Source: Candidatus Poribacteria bacterium (lineage in GTDB: Bacteria > Poribacteria > WGA-4E > WGA-3G). From it: DNA of 64,000 nucleotides. How positions within the stretch are numbered: the first letter of the stretch is position 1; every line of letters begins with the position of its first letter. A program made the position numbers and the translations under genes. The DNA lies in the NCBI GenBank assembly GCA_965205015.1, contig OZ242029.1:864001-928000 (forward strand). Direction: 5' to 3'. The notes under the pieces are model-generated. The model did no database searches and had not been told where the DNA came from. It saw only the letters and a list, made by a program, of their open reading frames with translations. Positions 18,376 to 28,141 of this stretch are shown here, in pieces.

Positions 18376-19602
18376 ATGCCAAAACAAAATATTATCGCCG
18401 GACTTGATATCGGTTCGAGCAAAATTTCAGTAGTTGTTGGGAATACACTGCACGGAAACGTCCCCAAAATAGGAATTATCGGCGTCGGTCATGCCGCCTC
18501 GGAAGGCCTTCGGAGAGGCGTTGTCGTTGACATCAACCAAACAGCCGAGGCTATTCGTAAAGCCATCTCCAGTGCTGAATTAATGGCAGGTGTAAAAATA
18601 GACTCCGTCTGCGTTGGTATTTCCGGTGAACATGTTATTGGGCAAACGTCCCATGGGGTTGTCTCTGTGGCAAATACCGAGATTTCGCAGGACGATGTTG
18701 ACCGAGCGATGATAGCTGCAAAGGCAATCTCTATTCCCGCAGACAGGGAAATACTGCACGTCATTCAACAGAATTTCGTCGTTGATGCCCAGAGTCGTAT
18801 TCGGGAACCTGTCGGTATGTCAGGCGCGCGTCTTGAAGCTTACGCCTACATCATTACAGGCGGCACAACGGCTATTCAGAATTTGCTCAATAGTATCGAA
18901 AAAGCGGGCGTGCCCATCGTTGAAACGCTTGTTGCTGCACCCCTCGCAGCAACACAAGCTACCATTTCAAAGGATGAGCGTGAAGTCGGTATCGCACTCG
19001 TTGATATTGGTGATGGAACAACTGAAATTATCGTCTACAAAGAAGATTCTATCGGACATACAGCAGTAATTCCTGTTGGCGGACAGCACGTTACCAACGA
19101 CATTGCGCAATACTTAAAAGTTACCCTTCCAGAAGCGGAGGCACTTAAACTTCACCGCGGTTGTGCTTGGACAGAATTAATTGATCCTGACGAAGTTAGA
19201 TCCATCCCAGTCGCGAGCGACTCAACGCCACCACGCTTCATCGACCGGATTGAACTCGCCCAAATTATTGAGTACCGCATGGCTGAAATCTTGGACGCAA
19301 TCGGTGACGAATTAGGGGATATTCCACTGCCAGGGGGTCTTGTACTCACTGGGGGTACCGCGCTTATGGACGGTTTGCAAGAACTCGCTGAGGCTATGCT
19401 CCAATTGCGCGTCCAGATCGGATACCCGCGTGGCTTGCAAGGCTTGACAGACCGAGTGAATCATCCGATGTACTCGACAGGCATAGGACTCGCTCTTTAC
19501 GGTGAGACGCTGCGGCAGTTAGAACGTGAACACAACACACGTCAGGGCGGGAACGCCTTTGGATCATTCCTGCAGCGGGTCAAGGAATGGTTTGGATATT
19601 AA
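18376..19602 (+). CDS. ftsA: Cell division protein FtsA
   Basis: GLDIGSSKI, PVGMSGARLE, VDIGDGTT, LTGG, C-terminal amphipathic RVKEWF. AAGGAGGTG RBS. Confidence 0.95.
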   Translation: MPKQNIIAGLDIGSSKISVVVGNTLHGNVPKIGIIGVGHAASEGLRRGVVVDINQTAEAIRKAISSAELMAGVKIDSVCVGISGEHVIGQTSHGVVSVANTEISQDDVDRAMIAAKAISIPADREILHVIQQNFVVDAQSRIREPVGMSGARLEAYAYIITGGTTAIQNLLNSIEKAGVPIVETLVAAPLAATQATISKDEREVGIALVDIGDGTTEIIVYKEDSIGHTAVIPVGGQHVTNDIAQYLKVTLPEAEALKLHRGCAWTELIDPDEVRSIPVASDSTPPRFIDRIELAQIIEYRMAEILDAIGDELGDIPLPGGLVLTGGTALMDGLQELAEAMLQLRVQIGYPRGLQGLTDRVNHPMYSTGIGLALYGETLRQLEREHNTRQGGNAFGSFLQRVKEWFGY

Positions 19603-19659
19603 GGGGCCTCCCGATTATCTAAGAGGACGAATCCACTTATGCCAAACTTGCCGTAACGC

Positions 19660-19688
19660 TTGACTTAATCTTGCTAATAGCGTATAAT
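19660..19688 (+). promoter_or_regulatory. Sigma70 promoter upstream of ftsZ
   Basis: TTGACT-17 nt-TATAAT. Confidence 0.75.
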
Positions 19689-19770
19689 TTAATGTGAAAA
19701 AGCAAATTCATGAAAGTTAATAAGGAACCTCGGTCCGGAGATCGAGGCTATAATGATAGGAGGAATTAGG

Positions 19771-19809
19771 TTGCTGTGCCATTGTTATAGTAACCGAAAT
19801 CCAAAATGA
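19771..19809 (+). CDS. Putative 12-aa leader peptide (MLCHCYSNRNPK) coupled to ftsZ
   Basis: AGGAGG (19758-19763) lies 7 nt before TTG. The stop TGA overlaps the ftsZ ATG (ATGA). Confidence 0.35.
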   Translation: MLCHCYSNRNPK

Positions 19810-21110
19810 TAGAATTTGAACAGGAAGAATTTGAAAGTTTACGCGCCAAAATTAAAGTCATTGGAGTCGGTGGAGCAGGGGGAAACGCTGTCAAACGCAT
19901 GATTGAGGCGGGACTTACCGGCATAGAATTTTATGCTGTCAATACAGATCAACAAGCACTCGTGACCTGTCTTGGCGCGACGCAAATCCAGATTGGCGTT
20001 AACACGACGGAAGGCTTAGGTTCCGGTGCCAACCCCGACATTGGCAGAAAAGCCGCCGAAGAAGACAGGGAACATCTCCAAACGATTGTAGAAAACGCAA
20101 ATATGGTCTTCATCACCGCAGGTATGGGCGGTGGAACTGGCACCGGCGCAGCCCCACTCATTGCTACACAAGCAAAAGAACGCGGGGCACTTACGATCGG
20201 GGTCGTAACACGTCCTTTCAACTTTGAAGGACAACGTCGCGCAGACACCGCCGAGGCAGGCCTTGAGGAACTTCGAGATGCTGCTGACTCTGTAATTGTC
20301 GTACCAAACCAGCGACTCATCGATACCATGGACAGGAAACTTCCAATCCGAGACGCTTTTCGCATGGGAGACCAGATTCTCTTACACGGTGTTAAAAGCA
20401 TATCCGACATCGTTACGGAATCCGGCGAAATTAATGTTGACTTTGCCGACGTTGAATCGATTATGCGAAACGCAGGAAGCGCATTGATGGGCATGGGGCA
20501 CGCGACAGGAGACAACCGGGCTCAAATTGCCGCGGAACAAGCGATCAGCTCACCCCTTCTTGAGCAAACTAACATCGCTGGCGCCGTTGGTATGATTGTG
20601 AACATAACCGCCCCCCCCGATTTCATGATGCACGAACTCGATGACGCTATGGGTGTCATTCAGGATACAGCGCCCGATGCACAAATTATTTTTGGACTTG
20701 TTTATAAAGATGAATTGGAACTCGGTGATGAAGTCCTGGTGACGGTCATTGCAACCGGATTTGATACTGTTGGGGCGGAAGGCTACGGCATCGACAACAG
20801 AAGCACATCCGCACGATATGCTGACCCAGACACCTATCAAAGGCAGCCCCAGGCTCCTTCGGAACAGCGGTCATCAAGGCCAAGCAGAGTACGACAGAAT
20901 ATTGCCGGGACGCCATCCGATAGCCCCAGGATTCCGGGTCGTCGGCAAAGGGGAACCAAGGTCGAACCTCCCGTAGAGGAGGAGAAGGCACCGCCAAAGA
21001 ACCAACAGAAACCCACTCGAGGAAGAGAGCAAGGCTCGCAACAGCGTGAAACGGATTGGGAAATTCCGGCTTTCCTGCGCGTTCAAAAAAGACGTGGGAA
21101 TAAAACCTGA
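19806..21110 (+). CDS. ftsZ: Cell division GTPase FtsZ
   Basis: GVGGAGGNAV, NTD, GGGTGTG tubulin signature, INVDFADV, C-terminal WEIPAFLR. Confidence 0.98.
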   Translation: MIEFEQEEFESLRAKIKVIGVGGAGGNAVKRMIEAGLTGIEFYAVNTDQQALVTCLGATQIQIGVNTTEGLGSGANPDIGRKAAEEDREHLQTIVENANMVFITAGMGGGTGTGAAPLIATQAKERGALTIGVVTRPFNFEGQRRADTAEAGLEELRDAADSVIVVPNQRLIDTMDRKLPIRDAFRMGDQILLHGVKSISDIVTESGEINVDFADVESIMRNAGSALMGMGHATGDNRAQIAAEQAISSPLLEQTNIAGAVGMIVNITAPPDFMMHELDDAMGVIQDTAPDAQIIFGLVYKDELELGDEVLVTVIATGFDTVGAEGYGIDNRSTSARYADPDTYQRQPQAPSEQRSSRPSRVRQNIAGTPSDSPRIPGRRQRGTKVEPPVEEEKAPPKNQQKPTRGREQGSQQRETDWEIPAFLRVQKRRGNKT

Positions 21111-21117
21111 GGCAACA

Positions 21118-22887
21118 GTGAACCTACATCAACATTATCAACACTTGCGCAGTGAGGAACACGGCGCACATCATAACTTCAGAAAACCCAACAAATTCGC
21201 GCTTGTCTATCCAAGCACGTATGCTCTTGGTATGTCGAGTCTCGGTGTTCAAGTTATGTACGCAACGCTTAACAACCGCCCGGATACCGCTTGCGAACGG
21301 GTTTTTATTCCCGAGCCTGACTATCTGCGTAAACTTGCCTCCCAAAAAAAGGCGCTTTTCTCGTTTGAAACGCAGACCCCTTTGAACCAATTTGACATCA
21401 TCGGGTTCTCAGTCTCCTTCGAATCAGATTATGTGAACATTCCTCGCACGTTAGCGTTGGCGAACATTCCACCGCTTGCGTCGGAAGCACGCCATCACGA
21501 TGATCGGGATCGCGGGACCTCCAAAGAAACACGAACGGAATGGGATCCGCTCGTCATCGCGGGTGGCATCAATATTTCCTATAACCCAGAACCGATCGCC
21601 GATTTCGTTGATGTGTTCGTCATTGGAGAAGCCGAACTCGTCATCCACCAACTCATGGCGCATTTCAACGAGTGGAAAAGATCCGGCGCACCGAAGCGTG
21701 AATTGCTTGAAACCCTCGCAACTGTGCCAGGGCTTTACGTACCACATTTTTACGACGTCAGCTATCGCGAGGATGGTACGATTGATGCCGTCTCCCCAAA
21801 GTCCAGTATATCGCCTCAGATTCGCGCAGGAGCCGTTCCAAGACTTGATGATGTCGAAACCTGTACGCACATCCACACCCCCAATACCGAATTCGCAAAT
21901 GCACATCTCATTGAAATCGTGCGCGGGTGCGGTCGGCAGTGCCGTTTCTGTGTCGCAGATTATGCCCGTCGATGGCCGAGACACCGCTCTGTAGAGAGTA
22001 CGCTCGCGCTTGCGGAACGCGCACGCGGCATTACAGATAGAATAGGACTTGTCGGTGCCTCTATCTCCGACCATCCACACATCGATGAAATTGCTACAGG
22101 TCTCGTCGAACGTGGCTTTCGCATCTCTTGTGCTTCACTCCGCGCCGAAACCGTTCGAACGCCGCTCCTCGACGCACTTGCAGACAGCGACCAAGGCACC
22201 ATCACTATTGCGCCAGAGGTTGCGACTGAAGAACTTCAAAAGGTTGTTAATAAAGCGATTCCACGGGAACGCCTCTACTCTGTTTTTGAAGAAGCATTGA
22301 AACGTGATATCCTCAACCTGCGTTTATACTTCCTCATCGGTGTCCCACATGAAACACCAGCAGACGTGGAAGCGATTGTTGATATGGCAAAGGAGATGCG
22401 AACGATACTGCTCCCGCATGCCAAACGAACCGGAAAAATCGCGCGCATCAACTTTACCATTTCACCCATGGTGCCAAAACCCCATACCCCTTTCCAGTGG
22501 GTAGCGATGGAACCCCCGAAAATCATCTCCCGAAAACTTGATTTCCTGAAACGCGAAATTAATCGGCTTGGCAGCATAAAAGTTGGCTCCGCCAGTGCCA
22601 GACTCGCACACCAAGAAGCCGTTTTCGCACGCGGCGACCGGCGACTTGGAAAAGTTATCCTTGACCTCGCACACGGGGTCCCATGGAACCAAGCCTTCCG
22701 GAATCATGAATTAATCCCACATTTTTACGCAACACGGCAACGTCCACTGCATGAAGTCAATCCATGGGACCACATCGACCTCAACGTTAAACCGCAATTC
22801 CTACAACTTGAGTTCCACAAGCACGAAAAAGGGTTCACGACCAGCGAATGCGATACGACCGTCTGTAAAAAGTGTGGGGCTTGCTAA
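21118..22887 (+). CDS. Radical SAM protein (TIGR03960-like)
   Basis: YPSTYALGMSSLG, CERVF, RGCGRQCRFC (CxxxCxxC), PKPHTPFQW, C-terminal CxxxxCxxCGAC. GTG start at 21118 avoids overlap with ftsZ. Confidence 0.85.
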   Translation: MNLHQHYQHLRSEEHGAHHNFRKPNKFALVYPSTYALGMSSLGVQVMYATLNNRPDTACERVFIPEPDYLRKLASQKKALFSFETQTPLNQFDIIGFSVSFESDYVNIPRTLALANIPPLASEARHHDDRDRGTSKETRTEWDPLVIAGGINISYNPEPIADFVDVFVIGEAELVIHQLMAHFNEWKRSGAPKRELLETLATVPGLYVPHFYDVSYREDGTIDAVSPKSSISPQIRAGAVPRLDDVETCTHIHTPNTEFANAHLIEIVRGCGRQCRFCVADYARRWPRHRSVESTLALAERARGITDRIGLVGASISDHPHIDEIATGLVERGFRISCASLRAETVRTPLLDALADSDQGTITIAPEVATEELQKVVNKAIPRERLYSVFEEALKRDILNLRLYFLIGVPHETPADVEAIVDMAKEMRTILLPHAKRTGKIARINFTISPMVPKPHTPFQWVAMEPPKIISRKLDFLKREINRLGSIKVGSASARLAHQEAVFARGDRRLGKVILDLAHGVPWNQAFRNHELIPHFYATRQRPLHEVNPWDHIDLNVKPQFLQLEFHKHEKGFTTSECDTTVCKKCGAC

Positions 22888-22902
22888 AAGGAGGAATCTA
22901 CA

Positions 22903-23679
22903 GTGCTTAAATTTGGAAAATTTATAGGCGGACTCGTCGCAATATGCGCCCTGTTTACCTTTACGATACCTTCGCATGCTGGGTTAGATGACAAATCCCT
23001 CGTCTTATACCTCTCTTTTGACGAAGGAAAGGGAGCGAAAACCGCAGATGGTTCTATACATGGTCATGATGGCGAATTTGTCCAAAATCCCAAATGGGTA
23101 GATGGGCAGTTCGGTAAAGCATTGGAATTCGATGGGACCAAGGGAGACCATGTCATCGTGCCTATCAATGACACTTTACAGCTCAGAGAACAGTTCTCTG
23201 TCGCTTTTTGGGTGAAACGTGGCAAAGCCCAAATTCGGGATTGGAATTACATGGTCGCAGCCGGCTCCTTGAAATGGGCAACAATTTTTAAGAATGGCGG
23301 CAGTATGACCTATTTCTGGTCGACATCTGGCGGCGCTTGGGCACAGAAAGCCGTCAGTAAGGACATTCAACCCGAAGACTGGGTGCACATGGTGGTCACA
23401 CATGATACCAAATCAAAAGTGGTCATCTACAACGACGGAAAAGAAGCCGGCGGTGGAGCGAAACCGCCACCTGTTGATGAAATTGACGGTTCGATTATGG
23501 TCGGTGCCCGCCACCCCGGTCAAGAATTTTTCACCGGTACCATCGACGAAGTGTTTCTCTTTAATCGAATCATCACGCAAGCGGAAATCGATGACATTAT
23601 GAATGGCGATTTCCTGCCAGTGGAACCCGCAGAGAAACTCGCGACGACATGGGGTAGCATTAAAGCCGATCGCGATTAG
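22903..23679 (+). CDS. Secreted LamG-like jellyroll protein
   Basis: Signal peptide, LYLSFDEG, GQFGKALEFDG, FTGTIDEV, C-terminal PVEPAEKLATTWGSIK. AGGAGG RBS. Confidence 0.85.
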   Translation: MLKFGKFIGGLVAICALFTFTIPSHAGLDDKSLVLYLSFDEGKGAKTADGSIHGHDGEFVQNPKWVDGQFGKALEFDGTKGDHVIVPINDTLQLREQFSVAFWVKRGKAQIRDWNYMVAAGSLKWATIFKNGGSMTYFWSTSGGAWAQKAVSKDIQPEDWVHMVVTHDTKSKVVIYNDGKEAGGGAKPPPVDEIDGSIMVGARHPGQEFFTGTIDEVFLFNRIITQAEIDDIMNGDFLPVEPAEKLATTWGSIKADRD

Positions 23680-23733
23680 AAATACGCTTGACAAGGGCGG
23701 TCCCAACGCCGCCCTTACACCAGAGAGAAGCGT

Positions 23734-24894
23734 ATGCTGAAATATCTCGCTATATTCATCCTCTGCAACACTTTTATAAATATCACTTTCTCCGATTCTT
23801 CACTCGCTGAAAAGCATTATAAAGATGCCACCACCTACCACAATCTCGAAGAATTTGAGCAAGCCATTGCCGAATACAGACAAGCCCTCGCGCTTAATCC
23901 AAATTCCCCCATCATCTACAACAGACTCGGTGTCGCATATTCCGAACTGAAGCAATACGATGCCGCACTTGATGCCTATCAGAGAGCACTCGTGTTGTCT
24001 CCCATGACGGCTGAACCGCACTATAACATGGGACTGGTTTACCTCAAGCAAGGCGATCTTCCACGTGCCCTCAAGGCGTTTAAGCGCGCGACCACTATGA
24101 ATACAGAGTGGGGTGAGGCGTATACCGGACTCGGCGAAGTCTACTTGAAGCAAGGTGATTTCGGACAAGCCATCCACGCCTATAAACAAGCCACCCGTCT
24201 CAATCCAAACGGAAATCCGAGTGCCATTTTGGGATTAGGTAAGGTTTATGCAAGGCAGGAACGGTGGGATGAGGCAATCACCGCCGTTGAGAAGGTAATC
24301 GAAATCCAAGGAGATAACACAGAAGCGCATTATCAACTCGCCCAAATTTATATCAAACGCGGCGAAAAGAAAAAAGCCGCCGCAGCGATGGCGTTCTTCA
24401 AAACCCTTCGTCAAACAGACCCACTCCTCAAAGAAGCCGAAGTATGGGTCAAAAGACATCCGAATGACGCAAGAGGCTATAACAATCTCGGTATCGTTTA
24501 TCTTGCTCGTCGTCGTTCTGAGGACGCAATTGCAAGCTACAAACGCGCTATTTCCCTTGTCCCCGATTTAGCCACTGCACACTACAATTTAGGGCACGCC
24601 TACCATAAGCAAGGAAAAATGAATCTCGCTATCGCGGCTTACAAACAAGCACTCACCATCGATACGACCCTCGCGATTGCGCATAATAACGTCGCTGTCT
24701 GCTACATAGAATCGGGGATAGATGTGAACCAAGCACTCTCTCATGCCCGAACCGCTGTTCGCCTTGTCCCGACTGAAGCGAACTATTGGGATACGCTCGC
24801 CCAAGTTTGCACCGTTCTTGGATTGGAAAACGAGGCGCAACACGCACGTGCCCGTTCGATAAAAGGGCAGAAAGGGTATTCCCAAAAAGAATGA
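23734..24894 (+). CDS. Tetratricopeptide repeat protein (secreted)
   Basis: Repeated 34-aa units (YNRLGVAY, HYNMGLVY, YNNLGIVY, HYNLGHAY) after a signal peptide. Confidence 0.9.
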   Translation: MLKYLAIFILCNTFINITFSDSSLAEKHYKDATTYHNLEEFEQAIAEYRQALALNPNSPIIYNRLGVAYSELKQYDAALDAYQRALVLSPMTAEPHYNMGLVYLKQGDLPRALKAFKRATTMNTEWGEAYTGLGEVYLKQGDFGQAIHAYKQATRLNPNGNPSAILGLGKVYARQERWDEAITAVEKVIEIQGDNTEAHYQLAQIYIKRGEKKKAAAAMAFFKTLRQTDPLLKEAEVWVKRHPNDARGYNNLGIVYLARRRSEDAIASYKRAISLVPDLATAHYNLGHAYHKQGKMNLAIAAYKQALTIDTTLAIAHNNVAVCYIESGIDVNQALSHARTAVRLVPTEANYWDTLAQVCTVLGLENEAQHARARSIKGQKGYSQKE

Positions 24895-26591
24895 AATACC
24901 GCTGCTATATGGTCCTCTTTTTCCTTCTGAGCATACCCACTTCCGCAGAGGTCCAATTCGTTGACGTGACCGCCGCTGCAGGAATCACATTTCGGCATGT
25001 CGATGGCAGAACCGGTGAGAAGTACCTCCTCGAAACGCTCGGTTCCGGTGCACTCTTCTTCGACTTTGATGTTGATGGCGCTTTGGATCTGTATGTAGTG
25101 AATGCTACACATATCCCCCCACCCGCGAGTGAAGGGACGCCTCAGACATACATCCCCCGAAACAGACTCTACCGAAACGCCGGCAACGGAATTTTTACGG
25201 ATATGACAGATAGTGCGGGAGTCGGAGATATTGGCTATGGCGTTGGATGTGCAGCCGCCGATGTTAACAATGACGGCTATCCCGAAATCTACGTAACCAA
25301 CTATGGGCCGAATCGCCTCTATTACAACAACGGTGATGGTACCTTTACGGATGTGACGCAAAAAGCCGGAGTCGGCGATGAACGTTGGGGCACAAGTTGT
25401 GCGTTTCTGGATTACGATTTAGACGGGTATATTGACCTATACGTCGTCAATTACATGAAATTCTCCATTGCGGAGAACGAATGGTGGGAAACTCAAGGTA
25501 TTAGAACCTATTGCAGTCCGACAGATCAGATCGCCGGCAGCCACTTTGTAAGCGAGCCTGATATCCTCTATCACAACAATGGCGACGGAACCTTCACAGA
25601 TGTCACCAACACTGCGGGCATTTCACATCGTGCCCTCGGCCTCGCCGTCGCAGTCGGAGACTACAATAACGATGGTTACCCAGACCTACACATCGCCAAC
25701 GATATGGAAGCCGACCTCTTTTACCACAACAACGGCGATGGCACCTTTACCGAAACCGCTGACTTCACCGGGACAGGGTATGATGAAAACGGTTTCCCAG
25801 GAAGCGGTATGGGAAACGCATTCGGGGATTACAATAACGACGGTTACCTCGACCTCGTCGTCAGCAACGCCTCTGGACTGCCTGCCCTGCTCTATCAAAA
25901 TGAAAACGCTGCATTTTTTACCGATGTCTCTTTCGTTTCAGGAATCGGAGCAGTGACGCTCCCCGACTTTAAATGGGCGGTCGAATTCTTAGACTATGAC
26001 AACGACGGTCTCCTTGACCTCTTCGTCGCGAACGGACATCTTCAAGAGAACATCTCGCTCTTTTCAGAGGGCACCTATCCACAGATGGATTTGATGTTCC
26101 GCAACATGCGCAGACAGGACGGCACACACCATTTTACTGATGCGTCTACCCAAGTCGGATTGGCAGAACTCCCCAAAAAAGTCAGCCGCGCTGCCGCATT
26201 CGGGGACTATGACAACGACGGAGATATTGATATTTTCCTCAACAACTCCAATCAACACGCAACGCTTCTCCGAAACGAGGGTGGTAATAGCAATCACTGG
26301 TTGACAATTCAACTCATCGGTACCCGAAGCAACGCGTCCGGTATCGGTACAAAAATAGTTGTAAAAGCGGGAAATTTGTCCCTCACCAAAGAAGCACGGA
26401 GTGGTGCGAGTTACCTTTCACAAAGTGACCCCCGGGTTCATTTCGGGCTTGGGGAAAATTCAAAGGTTGATACCTTGGAGATCCACTGGCAGAGCGGGCT
26501 TACAGAGCGGTTTTCTAATCTAAAGTCAAACCAAATTCTTCGTATTAAAGAGGGACATAAGATTTTGACATACCCCAAAGGAACTGAATAG
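24891..26591 (+). CDS. CRTAC1 / ASPIC-UnbV family FG-GAP protein
   Basis: Repeated DYxNDGxxDLYV and NGDGTFTDVT; C-terminal SGASYLSQS..VHFGLG. ATGA overlap with the TPR gene stop. Confidence 0.9.
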   Translation: MKYRCYMVLFFLLSIPTSAEVQFVDVTAAAGITFRHVDGRTGEKYLLETLGSGALFFDFDVDGALDLYVVNATHIPPPASEGTPQTYIPRNRLYRNAGNGIFTDMTDSAGVGDIGYGVGCAAADVNNDGYPEIYVTNYGPNRLYYNNGDGTFTDVTQKAGVGDERWGTSCAFLDYDLDGYIDLYVVNYMKFSIAENEWWETQGIRTYCSPTDQIAGSHFVSEPDILYHNNGDGTFTDVTNTAGISHRALGLAVAVGDYNNDGYPDLHIANDMEADLFYHNNGDGTFTETADFTGTGYDENGFPGSGMGNAFGDYNNDGYLDLVVSNASGLPALLYQNENAAFFTDVSFVSGIGAVTLPDFKWAVEFLDYDNDGLLDLFVANGHLQENISLFSEGTYPQMDLMFRNMRRQDGTHHFTDASTQVGLAELPKKVSRAAAFGDYDNDGDIDIFLNNSNQHATLLRNEGGNSNHWLTIQLIGTRSNASGIGTKIVVKAGNLSLTKEARSGASYLSQSDPRVHFGLGENSKVDTLEIHWQSGLTERFSNLKSNQILRIKEGHKILTYPKGTE

Positions 26592-26800
26592 CCTTAGTTC
26601 TTTATAAATTTAACGACTTGTGTTAGCTCCCTATATGTCTTTGTTGTTTTCACAACGATTGGGTTTTGTATTATACACATATCGTCCCTACGGAACTGAA
26701 GACTGTATCTATCCATACGAAACACTGATAAAACGTTCCGCTTCTGTGAAACAATGTTTTGTGATAGACCCAAGTCTAAAGACTTGGGCTTCTGCAATCG

Positions 26801-28012
26801 TTATGCAGAAGCATTTGTGGATTTCAGAATCGGATGGTTGGATTCAACGGAGCAGCCTACGATCTTGTCAAACAAAACAATAGGACTTACAACCCCTAAG
26901 CCAAAGGAAGCTATCCCTTCCTTAAGAATGTTCAGCGCAGCGTTCTCGTCTCGGTCCAGGTGCGTATCGCAACTTGGACACCTCCAAGAACGATCTGCTA
27001 ACGTGAGGTTTTGATTTTTATGTCCACAAACACAACAGGCTTTTGTCGTCGGAGACCACCGATTGATTTTCAGCACGGAGCGAATACGCTTATGAGACTG
27101 GTGCTTGAGTTTCCGCAGGAACTCACCAAACGCAAGATCCGAGACCTGTTTCCCCCACAAGCGTTTCATACCCGCAAGGTTCAGGTCCTCAAAGAACAGT
27201 ATATCAAACTTACGACACAGTTCTATCGCCAGTTTCCAATGGTGATCTGTCCGTTGGTTCGCCGTTTTCTTGTGGATACGCGCAACGGTCTTGCGTTCCC
27301 TCTCTTGGTTGTTAGACCCTTTGACCTTGCGGGAATACGCCTTTTGGGCTTTCGCTAACTTCTCAGCGTTCTGTTTGTAGAACATCGGAGACGTATATCT
27401 ATGACCATCACTACCAATCAGAAAGTCCTTGATACCCATATCAAACCCTTCAGCTTGACCCGTCTTGGGTTCGATCTTGATTTCGGTATAGTCTTCTGTC
27501 AGCGTAATATACATATCTCCGAGGGCATCTCGTGTTACGTGAACTTCGATGATTTGTCCCTCGATTTCACGATGCAGGGCGAAGCGATACCAACGTCCAT
27601 TCAGTCGGATTTTATAGGTCGGGTGATTTCTTTGGTTTTTCTGCTTATCCAACACTTTTTCAAGTTTGACCTGTTCACCCCGAAACGTCATCCCTTTGTG
27701 TTTCTTACACGACTTGAACTTCGGGTGACCTCTGCCCAATGTTTTCATTTCACGAAAAGTTTGTGCTAACCGTTTTAGCACATTTTGCAACGCCCAAGAG
27801 TAAGGGATATTCCAATGCTGATACTTCTCAAGTTTCTTCAGTTTCGTCAAATGTTTCGACAGTTTCGCATACGAAAGTCCTTTACCATAGCGGCGGTAAT
27901 ATCGCATACAGAGTGCCAAAAAATGATTTTTCACAACGCCACAGATATTGCAATCGTCGTGCAAGTGACGCAACGTCTTATCCTTGAAAAGTTTATGTTT
28001 TGTGTTTCGCAT
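26801..28012 (-). CDS. tnpB: RNA-guided endonuclease TnpB
   Basis: RuvC I GFDMG, RuvC II FFEDL, zinc finger CCVC...CPSC, RuvC III DRDENAALNI. The D-E-D triad is intact. Confidence 0.92.
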   Translation of the reverse strand: MRNTKHKLFKDKTLRHLHDDCNICGVVKNHFLALCMRYYRRYGKGLSYAKLSKHLTKLKKLEKYQHWNIPYSWALQNVLKRLAQTFREMKTLGRGHPKFKSCKKHKGMTFRGEQVKLEKVLDKQKNQRNHPTYKIRLNGRWYRFALHREIEGQIIEVHVTRDALGDMYITLTEDYTEIKIEPKTGQAEGFDMGIKDFLIGSDGHRYTSPMFYKQNAEKLAKAQKAYSRKVKGSNNQERERKTVARIHKKTANQRTDHHWKLAIELCRKFDILFFEDLNLAGMKRLWGKQVSDLAFGEFLRKLKHQSHKRIRSVLKINRWSPTTKACCVCGHKNQNLTLADRSWRCPSCDTHLDRDENAALNILKEGIASFGLGVVSPIVLFDKIVGCSVESNHPILKSTNASA

Positions 28013-28016
28013 GGTT

Positions 28017-28106
28017 TATCAAGTCTCAAGTCTTTAACCCCTATACAGTGGGTGGGACCGACACGTAACCTTGCGGTTATGCTGTATATGTCGGTCCAAC
28101 TTGATA
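28017..28106 (-). ncRNA. Putative structured (pseudoknot) 5' leader of tnpB
   Basis: Pairings TATCAAGT/ACTTGATA, GGACCGACAT/GTGTCGGTCC, TAACC-GCAA-GGTTA, and loop ATACAG with downstream CTGTAT. Confidence 0.5.
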
Positions 28107-28111
28107 TTCTC

Positions 28112-28141
28112 ATTATATCACACTTTCGGACCAAACGTCAA
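28112..28141 (-). promoter_or_regulatory. Sigma70 promoter of tnpB inside element 1
   Basis: TTGACG-18 nt-TATAAT with TGn extension. Confidence 0.7.

Noticed and set aside
21046-21117. ORF-track upstream starts (also 24786, 28611, 33504, 36518, 38777, 41785, 46873, 51220, 52807, 54231, 61209)
   Set aside because: They overlap neighbouring genes or promoters, and downstream starts have better RBS or coupling.
24783-25361. Long antisense or alternative-frame ORFs (also 19949-20515, 21451-22080, 32025-32603, 61026-61688, 62478-63104)
   Set aside because: They fully overlap well-supported genes and have no recognisable motifs; treated as shadow ORFs.
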